Part shown: positions 20,801 through 34,929 of the stretch, piece after piece | Position numbering within the stretch: position 1 is the first letter of the stretch | How the letters are laid out: every line of letters starts with the position of its first letter | NCBI GenBank assembly: GCA_045837725.1 | Contig: JBEWZL010000237.1 | Coordinates: 124,001-185,749, forward strand | Reading direction: 5' to 3' | Length of the DNA: 61,749 nt | Origin: Vermamoeba vermiformis | Taxonomy: Eukaryota | Notes under the pieces: model-generated | Told to the model about the DNA's origin: nothing | The model's input: only the letters and a program-made list of their open reading frames with translations | Database searches by the model: none | Position numbers and translations under genes: made by a program

Positions 20801-23800
20801 ATGGAGCACGACACCAAACAGGGCCCGAGTGCGGCCAAGACCGAAGAACAGCTCGCTGTGGAGCGACAGAAGAAAGAGAAGAAAGACGCCAAGGCTGCTG
20901 CTAAAGCTGCTAAGATCGCCAAGGCTAAGGAGAAACAAGCTGGACAGGGCAAGAAAGAGACTAAGCCCGCTGATAATAACAAACCCGAAGCTGAGGTAGG
21001 CAGTGTTTGACATTACGAGGTGCAATGGCGTTAATTTAATTGTAATTATAAGCAAAATTGTTTTCTTTTTATTTTAAAAATTCGTTAAAATTCTGCATTT
21101 GTGAGTATGTCGTTATTATCAATATTCGATCACAATATTATACAAATAAATTTAATGGATATGAAACTGACGTGACGCGATCTGATCAGAAAAAGAACGA
21201 GAAGAAAGAGAAAGGCATTCGTCTCAAAACAGCCTATGTCAACACGACCCCCAAGGGCGAGAAGAAAGGTGCGTATTGAACTGACTTTCATAACACCGCG
21301 CACTGCTGACAGGACTCGATCTAGATGTGAGCAACGACGACGCGTTCTTGCACGAGGACTCAGCCTACGACCCCTCCGTCGTCGAAGCAGCGTGGTACGA
21401 CTGGTGGGAGGCCCAGGGCTACTTCAAGCCCGATTACAACGCCGATCCCAACGCGGAGAAGTTTGTCATCGTCATTCCCCCGCCCAACGTGACTGGTGCG
21501 CTGTCGATCGATGCACATGTCCAAATAAGGCAATCTAACGCTCTACTTGGCAGGTTCCTTGCACTTGGGTCACGCGCTGACGAATTCCATCCAAGACTCG
21601 GTGGCACGGTGGCACCGCATGAACGGCAAGAAGGTGCTGTGGGTGCCGGGCACTGATCACGCGGGCATTGCGACACAGACTGCGGTGGAGAAGCGCATCA
21701 AGAAGGACGGACTCACGCGCCACGACTTGGGCCGCGACAAGTTCTTGGAGAAGGTGTGGGAGTGGAAGAACGAGTACGGCGGGCGTATCTTGCAACAGCT
21801 GCGTCGCTTGGGCAGTTCGCTGGACTGGTCGCGCGAGGTGTTCACGATGGACGACAAGCTGTCGCGTGCAGTGCGCGAGGCCTTTGTGCGCATGTACGAC
21901 ATGAAGCTGATCTACCGCGCCAACAGACTCGTCAACTGGTGCTGCGCGCTCAAGACTGCCATCTCGGACATTGAAGTGGACGCAGAGGAGCTCGAGAAGA
22001 AGACCAAGAAGCGCGTGCCCGGCTACGACAAGGAGTACGACTTTGGGCTGATCTACAAGTTCTGCTATCAAGTCGAGGGCAGCGAGGAGTTGTTGGAGAT
22101 TGCCACCACGCGTCCTGAGACCATGCTCGGTGACACTGCCGTCGCTGTGCACCCTGATGACCCGCGCTACAAGCACCTGCACGGCAAGTACCTCGTGCAC
22201 CCCTTCGTGCAGCGTCGCATTCCGATCATCACCGATCCGATCTTGGTCGACATGAGCTTCGGCACTGGTGTCGTGAAAGTGACTCCCGCGCACGATCAGA
22301 ACGACTTTGAGTGCGGCAAGCGGAACAACTTGCCCATGATCAACATCCTCGACGACGATGGCCGCATCAACGAGAACGGCGGTGAGTTCAAGGGCATGAA
22401 GCGATTTGAGGCGCGCGATGCCATCATCGTGGCACTGAAGAAGCTCGGCCACTTCAAGGGCTCAGCACCCAACAAGATGGTGCTCAAGACGTGCAGTCGC
22501 AGCGGTGATATTATTGAGCCACTCTTGAAGCCACAGTGGTGGGTCGACTGCAAAGAAATGGCGCGTCGTGCGGGTGAAGCGGTGACCAACAAGCAGCTCG
22601 AGATCTTGCCTGCGCGCTACACCAACACCTGGTTCGAGTGGTTGCGCGACATTCGTGACTGGTGCATCAGTCGTCAGCTCTGGTGGGGCCATCGCATCCC
22701 TGCCTGGCTCGTCACACTGCACGGCCAAGCCGCTGACGGTGCAGATCCGAACTGCTGGATTGTGGCACGTGACGAGACTGAGGCACGCAGCAAGGCTGAA
22801 GCTAAATTTGGCAAGGACAAGGTGGCCAAGCTCGAACAGGACCCCGATGTGCTGGACACGTGGTTCAGTTCGGGTCTGTTCCCGTTCAGCGTGTTTGGCT
22901 GGCCCGACAACACGTCCGATCTGCAACAGTACTACCCGACGCAGCTGTTGGAGACTGGCAAGGACATTCTGTTCTTCTGGGTGATGCGCATGGTGATGAT
23001 GGGCCTCACCCTCACCGATCAGCTGCCCTTCAAACAGGTCTTCTTGCACCCCATTGTGCGCGATGCACACGGCGAGAAGATGGCCAAGAGCAAGGGCAAT
23101 GTGATCGATCCCATTGACGTGATTGAAGGCATCACCCTGCAACAGCTGCACGACGGTCTCTACAAAGGAAATCTCGATCCACGTGACATTGAAGCTGCCA
23201 TTGAAGTGCAAAAGCGAGATTTCCCGCAAGGTATCAGCGAGTGCGGCACTGACGCGCTGAGATTTGCGCTGTGCTCGTACATTGGTGGTCAGGGCAACGA
23301 CATCAATCTCGACATCAATCGCGTGGTGGCCTATCGCAACTTCTGCAACAAGCTCTGGAATGCCACCAAGCTCGCCTTCACCTTCATGGGCCACGACTTT
23401 GTGCCCAACAACTACAGCGAGACGCAGCGCACTGGGCACGAGACTGAGTGGGACACGTGGATCTTGGGTCGATTGCAGTGTGCCGTGGAGGGTGCCAACA
23501 AGGGCTTTGAGAGCTACGAGTTCAGTGACTCGACGCAGGCCATCTACAGCTTCTGGCTCTACGACTTCTGCGATGTGTACTTGGAGGCCATCAAGCCCCT
23601 CATGGCTGCGAACTCCACCGTGTCCAGCGAGGCACGTGACACCATCAAGCACACGCTGTAAGTATATCACACGTGCTGTCATTCACTGAACGGTATACTA
23701 ACACTGCACACAGCTTCACCTGCTTGGAAGTGGGCTTCAGACTGTTGCACCCCTACATGCCGTTCTTGACCGAAGAACTCTGGCAGAGACTCACACGTAA

Positions 23801-24371
23801 GGCGCGTGCTCAATTCGCACCCTCGCTGTGCGTGGCCAAGTACCCGCGCACGATTGGCGAGCGTTCAGTGAAGCTCGAAGAAGAGATTGAGCGCGTGATG
23901 CAAATTGTGCACGGAGCACGCACAGTGCGTCAAGTGTACAACTTGAAGGGCAAGGACCGTCCTCCTCTCGTGATCAACACGCACACCACACGTGACAAGG
24001 AGCTCTTGTCGAGTCACGTGTTCGTGTTGGCGATGCAGTCCCTGGCCCGTGTGGGTGACATCAGCATCACCTTCAACGAGTCACAGCCCCCTCTCGGCGC
24101 TGCTTCCGCCATTCCCAACAGCAGCACTGAGATCTACGTGGTGATCAAGGACTTGGTGGATGTGGACACAGAGATTGGCAAGCTCAATGCGCAGATCAAA
24201 AACCTCGAAGATCAGATTGCTGGCCTCGAGAAGAAGCGTGCGGACCCGAACTGGGAGACCAAGACCCCCGCCAAGGTGAAAGAGGCGCTGCAGACCAAGC
24301 TCGACACCGTCAACAGCGAACTCGCCATTGCCCGCACAGCTGTGGAGAACTTCAAGAAGTTGAAGAACTAA
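20801..24371 (+). CDS. VARS1: Valine--tRNA ligase, multi-exon
   Basis: Motifs [58 protein letters not shown] and KMAKS, plus a C-terminal coiled-coil arm. Confidence 0.96.
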
Positions 24372-24431
24372 TTGCTTGCACTAGACGAGCACCGTGTTAC
24401 AAAATAAATTATTTTCACTTAAGAATGCGGT

Positions 24432-26280
24432 TTATTGTTGACACCACTTGACAGGTCGACTGCTCCACACGTGCAGTCCTCGTTGAGACCAATCACGTGG
24501 CAGATCTTCAGTGCTAATGTGCCAATGATAGACACGACACTCGTACAGCTGTTCACTCGGCACTCGCACACTGCCAGGTGCCACTAGCCACACTGTTTGA
24601 TCCTCTGTCGCCTGTGCCTTGCTTATGACCCCTGTCAACATGTCATAGTCTGCGCCTTGCAAGTCAATGACACGTGTCTTATCGAGTGTAGCAGGCAATG
24701 ACAGCAAGTGACGTGGTGGCATGTAAGTGTGATAATAGATGATGGAGTGCTCGCCTGGGGTCACTGAGGTCGCAGTGCCTAAAAATAGCAATGAAGGGAC
24801 CACACCCGACTGGTGACAGTACCCGAAGAACACGGCCAATAGAAGATTGAACAGCAGCCACACGGACCAGAACTTTGACACGATCTTTTCACTGAACAGC
24901 AGTGTCAGTGGTGTCAACAGCGGCAAGATGAAGCGCGGCTCTTGATGCGGTGCGAGTGACAGCACACCGACACCTGTCACACAGCACGCCATCAGTGTCA
25001 GCTGCCAGGGGTCACGTGACAAGATGCGCGGCACGTGCCACAAAAAGAGTAGCCACAGTGGCCCAAACATGAGCACTCCGTTCACAGTCACGTGCAAGTA
25101 GTGTGGATGTAACACGTGCTGCGCCAAGTTCTCCACTTTAGTGTTGTACTGCAAATTCGACCAGGGCGTCACGTGATAGATGTCTGGGATATGGCCCTGG
25201 AGCAGTGATCGCAGAGTGACATCTGATTCATAGAACAACGTGTCACACGTCACCCACAGTGCTGCACCGCACAACAGTCCTGATGACACGTGTCAATCGC
25301 TGACTTCTACCATTGCTTGAACTTACCTGTCAACATGCTCACACCGCACACCATAGCGCGGAACAATCCATTTTTCCGCCACTGCGCGTACAGCAAGAAG
25401 AGTGGCACAGGTGCGATGAATGCCATAAAAGTAAATCGCGTCCACGTGCCAGCACTGACCAGCACGCCAAGCATCACGTGATTGCACCACCATGAACGGT
25501 ACGTGTCACTCGTCAATTTGACCGCGAGCCACAAACAGACTGCAAAGATCACGTGCTCGATGGTGTTGGAGAAGCCAGTGACCATAAAAGTCAATGTGGT
25601 CCAAGATGAGCCAAGCACCATCAATTGCTGATTGCCTTTTAAGGAAAATCTCTTTTGTTTCATGCCAGTCATGGCGATGTCGTACGTGAGCTTGTCTAAA
25701 TAAGGCAATCAGCCACTCAGTGCTACAAATAGCTGCGTACCCAACACGATTGACAGCACGAACATCCACAGTCGCGGCGCGTAGTACAGCACTGGTCCTG
25801 CATGCAGATCTACCTAGTGTCAGACTCGTAATGCAATGTGACACGTGACTTACTGACTCCCAGTAACTGCTCGACTGCCTTTATTACCATATAAGGTAAG
25901 CCACTCGATAATGCTCTGTAATAGTGTCAATAACATTGCCTTAAATGGCTATCGTTGCTACTTACGGACTGACAATCGAGCGGATCGGACTAGGCAATTG
26001 AAACTCCCACGAGACATGAGCTGTAACATCGAATATACGACCAGCCATCACTTCTGAGGACTGTACAGTGAATTGATAATTAGCGCGAATAATTAGCAAA
26101 ATATCTTGGTCTATGGTCCTGAGATTAACACGCGACTAAATTAAACCCCAACATATTATTCAGTGGCCTATCAACATATAATACCTGGAAATAACCATCG
26201 GGATGAATGTAGCCAGTGCTCGTGAATACGAATAATAGGCGCACCGCCAACAGTAGTAAGTACCACGGCGTAATTTCCAT
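24432..26280 (-). CDS. GPI mannosyltransferase 4 (PIG-Z/Smp3-like, GT22), multi-exon, with divergent motifs
   Basis: Motifs GYIHPDGYFQS, SWEF...PIRS, FSNTIE, LSLAPHQEPRFILP, HQSGVVP and HTYMPP. Multiple hydrophobic segments. Confidence 0.85.
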
Positions 26281-26719
26281 TATAGTCGCATTAGCTATTA
26301 ATATATATATTACAATGCGCACTTGTGTGGTGATTGATTAAATAAAATCGTGGATCTGACGCAGACACCCAATTTTTTTCGTGCCGTCAGCTGAAATTTC
26401 GGCCCTTTTTGCAGATACGGCCAGTATCTGATACTGTTGATGTAATAGAAGCGTCTATCATATTTGACGTTGTTATTGTAAGAACCTCGCGAATAGAGGG
26501 AATTGCCGCCAAAAAAAAAGCGCCTCGGTATATTGCTTGAACTTGGTCTCAATTGTATTAACAAGCGTTTATAGTATCAATAAATAAGTATATTTATTTG
26601 TTTTAAATTAATTACACGCGTATTTTTTTTTGCTAAAAGTTAAAATTAGATCCGCAGCATTAGAGGGACCAGAATACAACTACAAGTCACTCAAGAGTGG
26701 TGCTGAATCAACGGTTCAT

Positions 26720-28342
26720 TTAGCTGTCGTCCTTCTCGTTCTTAGACTGCATAATAAAACATTAGTCCTATATTCAAGCGAGCTCGAGCAGTCACATCTG
26801 AGCTACTTACCGAAGCAGTTTGTTGCTCTTCAATTTCGCGTTGCTTAAGCAAGACTTGCAATTTTCTGTTCTCAGAGCCCAAAGCATCGGCCAAGTACTC
26901 GAGTTGATCTTCAAAGTTGCGGTCAATAATTTCTTTTTCTGTTCTCTCTTGGATCTTCTCAGATTCGTATTCGCGGTCTTGCTCCAAGTAGTCCTTCCAT
27001 CTGTTCATGTCATTCAAGTGCTCAATCAAGTTCTTGCGCAACAGATCGAGGGCCTTGAGTTCCAAAGCAGATCTTTCGTCCACTTTCTCCTTCAACTTGT
27101 TGTACTTGGCGCGCAATTCAGCGACTTCATTTTCAAGAGCTTCCTTCTCGTTTTGGAGCTTGGCATTGCGAGCCTCAGACTCCTCGTACTTAGCCTTCAA
27201 CGCGTCGTGATCAGCAGTCAAGTTCTTGTATTTCTTCTCCAAGATCTCTTTCTCTTCCAATGTCTTGGCCAAATTGTCCTCCAAACCAGTCAATTTGTCC
27301 TTGGTCTCACGTTGAGCGCTCTGCAAATTTATTAATACAGTGCATCATAATAACGTCGCAGTATTTTTATAAATTATTTTTAAAATTTAAAAATCTTTTT
27401 GTGTCACATCCGAAACAGCAAAAAAATCAATTTACACCAAAATCTCATTAATTAACGCTTACCTCAAGTCGTCGCTTCTCTTCTTGAGAAACAAAGGCGT
27501 GGAAGAACAAAGAGACGTACAAGACGATGGAACGCTCGTCAATAGTGCCGTTAGCAAGCTCGTTCACATCCAACAATTTAGGCACGCCCAAGCTCTTCTC
27601 GGCGAGTTCGAAAGCAGCTTCGATGTTCTCGATTGAAGAGTTTTCTTCCATATATTCGTTGTAGTTAAAGAGCTTAGGGTCGAACTTGTGGACCATAGCC
27701 AAGAAAGCCAATCCGTCATTGAAGGAGTGGCCAAAGTCTGTAATCTTAACACCAGCATATCCGTTAGTAATTTCACGGACCCACTTGAGCAAGTTCTCTT
27801 CGGTGGAACGATCTTCGGCGCCTTGGATGTGAGTGTTGATTCTGAATTTACGGAAAAGCATCCAAAGGAAACCCAAAATGAATTTGAGGTTCTTGTCGAC
27901 AAAGTCTTCAGGTGAGATAGTCAACATCTTTTGTTGGACGCCGTTATCTTTCAAAAAGTTGAGCGCGATGGAGCAGTTCTCGATTTTGTTAATCTTGTTC
28001 TTGGGTTGTTTTGAGTATTTAGTCTTAATGCGCGAGTCCAACAACAATTCAATGAAGTCGATGACGGTGATACCATCAGAGAAGTCCTCCTCCAATTCGT
28101 TGGGCGAGTTAATCTTCTTACCGCGTTTATCCAAGTAGGAGTTAACCCAGTAAGTGAAGGCCTATTTAATTATTACTCTGGTTAGTAATATTTCGGGCAT
28201 ATTTTTTATCGTCCTAGAGCATTTAACAGACGATAGTGAATTAAAATATTAGCAAATAAAAACTAACCGTTTTTTGAACTTGTTCCCAAGCTCGATCCTT
28301 CATTTCTTCTTCAACGTCCTTAGGCTTGTTATCGTTCGACAT
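26720..28342 (-). CDS. Cortexillin-like actin-bundling protein (2 CH domains plus coiled coil), 4 exons
   Basis: Tandem CH domains (WEQVQKTAFTYWVNSYL, NLKFILGFLWML, SFNDGLAFLAM, DERSIVLYVSLFFHAF), a coiled coil, and a cortexillin-like tail (LRKNLIEHLNDMNRWKDYLE...ENRKL). Confidence 0.8.
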
Positions 28343-28969
28343 TTTGAACTGTTGTGATGAGTAGTGTTGGATACTCTTAAAAATCTAATTGATATGAAAA
28401 AAAAATCTCAAGCCGTATCTTTTTGCTGAAATTTTTGTGCGACGAAAATCTAGGCCTGAAATTGGTGCGTAATCAGATGCTGCCGATCACATGGACATGC
28501 CGTAATGCAATAACATGGTATTTTGTCGTGTTTGCACCGATTCGTTGTTGTGGTGTCGATCTGGCGGTCTCAAATGTTTCGATAACAGATTTGGGCTGCT
28601 TAGAGAGGGAATCTACACTTTCAGACCTCTAAGTCCGTTATATTATCTTTTTGCTGCTCATATTTAGGAGATTACCGCGATTCCTGTTTCATTTATACTT
28701 TCATCTGCGAGATTGACTTTCGACAATCGTAATTTCCGAAACAACTGAAATTCGCCGAACCTAAACCTGACATACTCCTATGTGGTATTACATGTCTTTC
28801 AAATTGCCGTAGTGACGTGGAATAATTTGCTTTCAAACCTCAAAAACGAATACAAAAAAAAATTGAATTTTTAAACCAGCCACGAGTTAGCATCAACAGA
28901 GCACTCACAATGCCCTGCACCTACCGTTAATAATTTAATATTGATCGAATAAGGCAACGAGGAGGACAA

Positions 28970-30753
28970 ATGGCAGCGGATTTGAGTTCTAAAGTGGTGC
29001 GAGAGTCTCGCAGTAAAAGCGATGCAGATTTGTTTTCGCCGTTCTCAAGGCGTACAAATAGAAATTCGGTGCCACAAAAATTTGATGCGCATATTATGAA
29101 ATCAATAGTACCCAAGCTGCAGAGTTCTCTGGCGTCAATGGACGAGGAGTCAAATCCAACTTCAGGAAGCTCAGCTGGCGAGCCAGAGGAGTCAGTATCG
29201 ATGTCACATTCAAGGTCTAGTCAGCTAATGATACAGCCTGTTGATAGCAATCTCAGCATTCAAGATCAAGTTCCAACGGCAAACAGTGAATCGAGCGAAC
29301 AGGGCTTGACTGAAGTCACAAACGGACAGAAAAATACAATTAATATAGACCCAATATCTTCATCACATAGTTCAACAAGAAAACGCATCAATAGCCACGA
29401 GAAGACCAAATCCAGTTCAAGCCGAAAAAGCTCTTCGTCAAAAAATTCAGAAAAATATCACGACGTCGCCAATGACAGTCAAAGTGAAAGCCGCGAGAAT
29501 GTTTATAATACGAACACGCAATATAGCTATACGAATGGTGCCAATAATAATAATTTCAATCACAACTTGACCTCGTCACATCAGCTTGACCACTCTGCTT
29601 CTTCTTCGCATGTGAGTAGAAGGTCGAGCAGGGGCTATGATATCACCCTCAACTACACCAACAACAATCTGCCCATCTACAATCCCATCACTGACAGCGC
29701 ATCGGTCAGTTCGGATGGACAGCAACAAGAGCTCAAAGACTCGAGTTCATCGCGCTGGGAGCTCAATGGCGAGATCAGACGTGCGCGCGACGAGGCAGTG
29801 ATGGGCACTCCACAGCCTGGCAGCCGAGACCTGCGGAAGCGTGTTCACAACCGATCGAGATCCGAATCCACATCGCGGCGGTCGGAAGCAAAGGCGGAAC
29901 AGAGTTCTCAAAACGAATATAGCAAGGGCACCGAATCTTCTGACGAGGACGACGAATCAGCATCAGAAGTGCGCCGCAGACGTATTAAGCGGCGATTGAA
30001 CTCGAAGATCTTGTCTGAGGACAAAAACAAACGACTACTTTATTTGCAGTCAGATGAAGTGCAGAAGAATTTTAAAGATTTAAGCACCCTCTCTAATCGC
30101 TTCCAGGTACTAAATACAATTATTTCATAATGAGACACAATTTTAAATATTAATTTACAAACCAGTCTAAATTGAACGAAATCATGGAATACTTGAACGA
30201 GATTGACAAAGGAGAAGAGGGAGCGGAATGCAACGGCAGTAGAATGTTGTCGTTAAACCAACGGTATGAATTTAAATTAAATTCCGCAATTCTTACGAAG
30301 TTGTCGGATTCGTTACCCCCTCTAAATATCTGAAACTAATGCCATGTTAATAACAGCAAAGAAGAATTAGATTCGATGGAAGAGTTGATGAAGATACTCA
30401 ATTACACCAAAGAGTTCATTGTCGTGCGCAACAAGACAATACTCGAGCGCAAAGCACGTCTCGAACACACGTACTTGCAGCACCAACAGCAACAGCTCGA
30501 AGCTGAAGAAGAAGAGAAGCGTCGCGAGGACAGTGAGCGCGATGAACTGGCGCGCAGTCGACGTCGCAAGAGTGGCTCAGGCGGCAGCAGTTCAATGAGC
30601 AGTCGCAAGAGTCTGCGCCAATCAGGGGAGAGCAGTCGTTATCACTCGGGGGTCAGTCGACAGCACTCGCAGTGGTCTGCCTCACCGACCAGCTCCTCGC
30701 GCGGCAACGGCTCAGTCAACTCACGGCTGAACAGTCGACCGAACTGGAAGTGA
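28970..30753 (+). CDS. Ser-rich, largely disordered protein with a central coiled coil; function unknown; about 3 exons
   Basis: A 386-aa ORF joins a 125-aa ORF through GT-AG introns near 30108-30165 and 30264-30357. No recognised domain. Confidence 0.65.
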
Positions 30754-31139
30754 GCCAAGCAGTCAGCACGCACCCACCTCATTTGTACAAATTACCCGCA
30801 CCACACCCACCCTCTCACCTCATCATCTTTTGGCCCTCACTTGTCGCAGCACCACCACTGCGCAGTGCGGACTTAACCCAGCCTTAATGTATAGAACAGA
30901 CTAGAACATTCCCGCAGATGTTATATTTAACTTGTCTCGTGTAAATTATTTGTGCCGCTAACTGCAGCAAAAAATACAATGCAATCAACGCAGCAGCGGT
31001 GCTTGTAGGGGCATCGCTGATGAAATGAATAAAAACCCCTCAAATAACCACTGTGTAATTCGCATGGGTTTATATGACTGAGAATACTGCTGACCCATCT
31101 CTGTACAATGAGGTATTTACAATAGACCGTTATGCTGGT

Positions 31140-32908
31140 CTAATACTCGTCCGGATCTTCGCGCAACAATTCAATGCCTGTTTCTTCGAATTGCAACTGC
31201 ACTTGTCTCAATATTGGTCGCGTGCCCAAATACAACTTCTTCAAGTGCTTCATGCGACGCAATCCCAGCATGCCAGCAGTAGAAGCAGTGTTTGACACGG
31301 AGACTCGCAGTTCACGCATGACAGGACTGGTGATCTCTCGCAGTGTTGCATCATCGCAGTCACCACTCACACTACTCGCGGAGAACACGCGCAATCGAGC
31401 TCCGCAACCCTCTGTGAATCGTTAGACAAGGTCCATTAAGAGTGTCTGTTTTGACTTACTCTGGAAGTACTGCTGAATACTGAAGCTGGTGACTGAAGTG
31501 CGAGTCAAGTGCAGCTCTTTGAGTGCTTTGTACGCAGACAATTCATCGAGCAGTTCAGGACCCAGTTTGTTGCAGCCACTCGCAGCAAAGTACGTGAGAC
31601 GAGGGAATCGTTTGGACATGTTTTTGAATGCTGTGCTTCGAGTTAGTGTCATTCAGTATATCGCACTACATACCTTTCATAGTCACTGCGCTGTTCTTCT
31701 TGACACTCAAGTGTTCCAAGTGAGGTAATTTCACAGCTGCGAAATCATCGGTCAAATTCAAATCAATCCAAGTTAGCGAGTAGAGGCGCCAGCTGTTGAT
31801 GCTGTCAATGGGTGGGTGATGAATGGTCTTCGTCAAGTCGAGTATTTGCAAGCTATTCACAGTTAGATTGACGTACTTATGTAGAGTCAGACTTGACTTA
31901 CTTGGGGAATGAGCGTGGCAACGATTGCGCGGACTTCTCTGTAAGTGGCACATTGCGCAGACAGAGTTCATACAACTGCGGGCCAGTTATGTCTTCAAGT
32001 GACATGGCCAAGTCTGGGTTGGTCGGAGGCAATGTGAGTGACAGGCTCTTCAAGTGCTTGCACAACAACGCAATGGCTTCGAGGTCATTCTTGGACAGTT
32101 GTTGAATGTGGGGCAGTGACAGGTACCGCAAATTAGTCAAAAGCGCGAATCTGAAATGACGCGTGTCAAAACCTGACACGTCACACTCATAAATTTGAAA
32201 TCTTTCCATACCCGGTCGGTAAGCTGCAGCTCGGTCCCCAATGGAGTCGCACTAAATTAGACATGAGCTTTTGGTCGAGTTGGATCAAGCATGTTTCGTA
32301 AGTGCTTTTGACAACCCGCAAGGAGCGCACATTGTGCAGTGGTTGACCTGCATTCAGAGAGGCGATTGTGACCGTCTAAATTGAATTAGTTTTCCAGTAA
32401 AGAATTGAATTGACGTACAATGTGTTCTAGCCGAGGGAATGGTGTCGTGATCGCGTTCGACGACTTGTTGATCAGTGTTCGGAGATTTGGGCAGTTCTTG
32501 AGTACCAAATCCAAAACGAACCGCAGTCCATGTCTTTCTGATATTCTCAAGCTTTTGACAAATTGACCTGCAACGGAAAATTAGAAATAAATCCACGTAC
32601 GGATCGGACGCCGTACCTTTTTGCTCCAAAGCTGTTTTAAATCCGTCTTTATCGGCCCATTTAAATAAGGTTGAAATATACCGATACCGTATTTTGTCTT
32701 GGTTGCCAATCTGCAGGAAAAGTTTGCATACCCTCAATGCCGAAGGCAGCGAGTCCGGAGCAATCTTGGAGACGATTCTTGTAATTATTTCTGGTGGCAG
32801 GTCAAGCAGCTTGAGCTCATTACGATTTTTTCTCTTTTTTGTAGGGCGATCGGATGCGATCTGTTCCTTATTTCTTTTTAAACTGCGCTGCAGCTGCTCG
32901 ATATTCAT
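31140..32908 (-). CDS. F-box protein with leucine-rich repeats, multi-exon
   Basis: F-box LLDLPPEIITRIVSKI...ALRVCKLF. LRR-like segments LRYLSL, LKSLSL, LEHLSV and LKELHL. Confidence 0.8.
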
Positions 32909-33102
32909 CGGTGAGGCAAAAGATAAAGTTTATATAATACAATGTTGGCAACAACTCTGAATTATTGTTCTTCTCTCTCGCGTACTGGTTCAAATGTCTA
33001 GTTACGATTCAAAATTCATAAATCACCGAGGAAATCTCGCTTGAGTTTAAATCAATTTACTAAGTTTGTCGTAGTATAACGCAATGCTTGCTGAAGAAGA
33101 TA

Positions 33103-34770
33103 TTACACGAGCTTTTGAACTTTGTGGAACACTCGTACCCAGTTGAAGTCGCCGTCTACCTCGTCTGGACAATCCTCAAGCGGCACAGGGCCCAAGCTCG
33201 ATGATGTGTTGCAGAGGTTCTCAATAGGAATTGTAGTGGCAGGGGGTGCTGGTGCCGGCGAGATGAGGTCTGCTTTTCTCTTTCTTCCTCGCTTCTTCGC
33301 TGGCTTCACGAGCTGCGTCGTGTCATCGGCTGGCGAATGGTTACTACATTACTCATCTATATGTAACTTACCGTCCCACCAAGCGAAATCTTGGGTCTCA
33401 GGCACCGCGGCTTGGCCTTCTTTCTTAATTGGTATGGCTGAAGCGTCCACGCTGGTCTGATCGTACACCACGGGCCCTTGCACTCTGCGACGTAGATTAT
33501 AGCGCCCTTTAGTGTCATCGCAGTCAAACACGTGAGACAACGCTTGACTTTGTTCAATGCAGTCCCGAGTGCCCATAATAGGCAGGTCTCGAATCAATGC
33601 CTTATGTTTGCGACGAGGTTTCTCCGGAGCAGCAGTGGCTGAATTATCTGTGGAGACTGATGTGGGTTGTGTTGCAACGATTGGCTCAGGCGAGCTGACA
33701 GGTTCCACAATCTGTGTCTGCTCAGGGCTGAAAGACGGACCTGCGGGTTCAGGCTCATTGGCTACCATAGGAACTAACGCGACTTTGTTGGAGAGGCAGG
33801 AGATGACGGATTGTTCGAAGAACTCGAGCTGATGAGACTCTTTCTTGTCGACCATTTCTTTGACTTGCTGGATGATCTCTTGCGCGAACTCTTTCATCTT
33901 CTTGTCTTGCTGTTTTTGAAAGTTCCCAAGTACTTTTGTAATAGTCTTCTCAAAAGAACCCAACGCCGTCTTCCATTCTTCGGTTTTGTTGTCCTTCTGA
34001 GATGAGTAAGTCAGTTAAAACAGATCTAGTTGCTGTTGGTTGACTTACAGTGGATGTAGAAGATTGACCAGTCACGGAACGGGTATCGGAGACCTTTTTG
34101 ACGTCTTCGGCCACTGTTTTAGTAAGTTAATGACAGACAGCTGAGGATCGGGCAATTCTTTTGCATACATGTTTGAAGAAGCGAAACGACTGGTTGAATG
34201 ACCTTCTCTTGGCTCGCTTCTAAGTTTTGAGAGCTGCTTTTAAGATCGTCAGATAAGGACTTGAGCTGCGCTTGACTGGCGTTGACGGTGGATTTGATTT
34301 CGTCGAGCATCCTGCTTTGTTCTGGAGCGCGTTAACAGGGTCGACATACCATGCCAATACGTACCACTAATCATTTTCTTTTGCTCTACTAAGTCTGGTT
34401 CCAGACCAGATCCGGAGTCGCGTAGCGGATCGTTATTGTAACGGGGTTCATAGAGGCGCTGTTGTGAGGACTCGTACTAAAATTCATGAGAATACGCAAT
34501 GTTAATTAGAACCAAGCAGCATACATATTCTTGCGAATCAAGTGGTTCGGAGTTTCTCTGCGAGTCATTGTAATCGTTAATTGATCTTGACGCGGGCATG
34601 CCAAATCGAATTGGCTGAGGTCCTGTTCGGCGAGGTGGCTCTCTTAATATTGGCCTATCGAGAATTAATCCAGTATTTACGCTAACATTTCGAGTTTTCG
34701 CTTACCGAGGAGCATTCATGTCGATCGGACGTTGCTGATAGTAGCTAGGTTGAGGTTGTCTTCGTAACAT
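33103..34770 (-). CDS. Hypothetical protein with coiled coil and basic NLS-like segments, multi-exon
   Basis: Consecutive minus-strand exons with GT-AG boundaries from MLRRQPQPSYYQQ (34770). Contains KKRGRKRK. No recognised family. Confidence 0.6.
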
Positions 34771-34929
34771 TCTTTCTATCTACGGGCTATATGTTGCGTT
34801 CGCTTGAACAAAAGAATAATTTGAACCAAAGTTAGTTTTTTTGTCTCCAGTACGCGCGAAGAAAATTGACCAATCAGAGACAAGAAAGGCGCGTGTTAGG
34901 CAATTTCCGATTGAATAGTGATGTTTATA

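Noticed and set aside
21535-23682. Long antisense ORFs (305 and 406 aa) opposite ValRS
   Set aside because: These are the expected shadow of C/G-ending codon bias, with no recognisable domains.
28530-28640. Short stems (CTTAGAG/CTCTAAG and others) upstream of cortexillin
   Set aside because: The stems are short and within chance expectation, with no box motifs.
33103-34770. Resemblance to shugoshin or meiotic coiled-coil proteins (RYNLRRR..VVY)
   Set aside because: The motif match is too weak to name a family without an HMM search.
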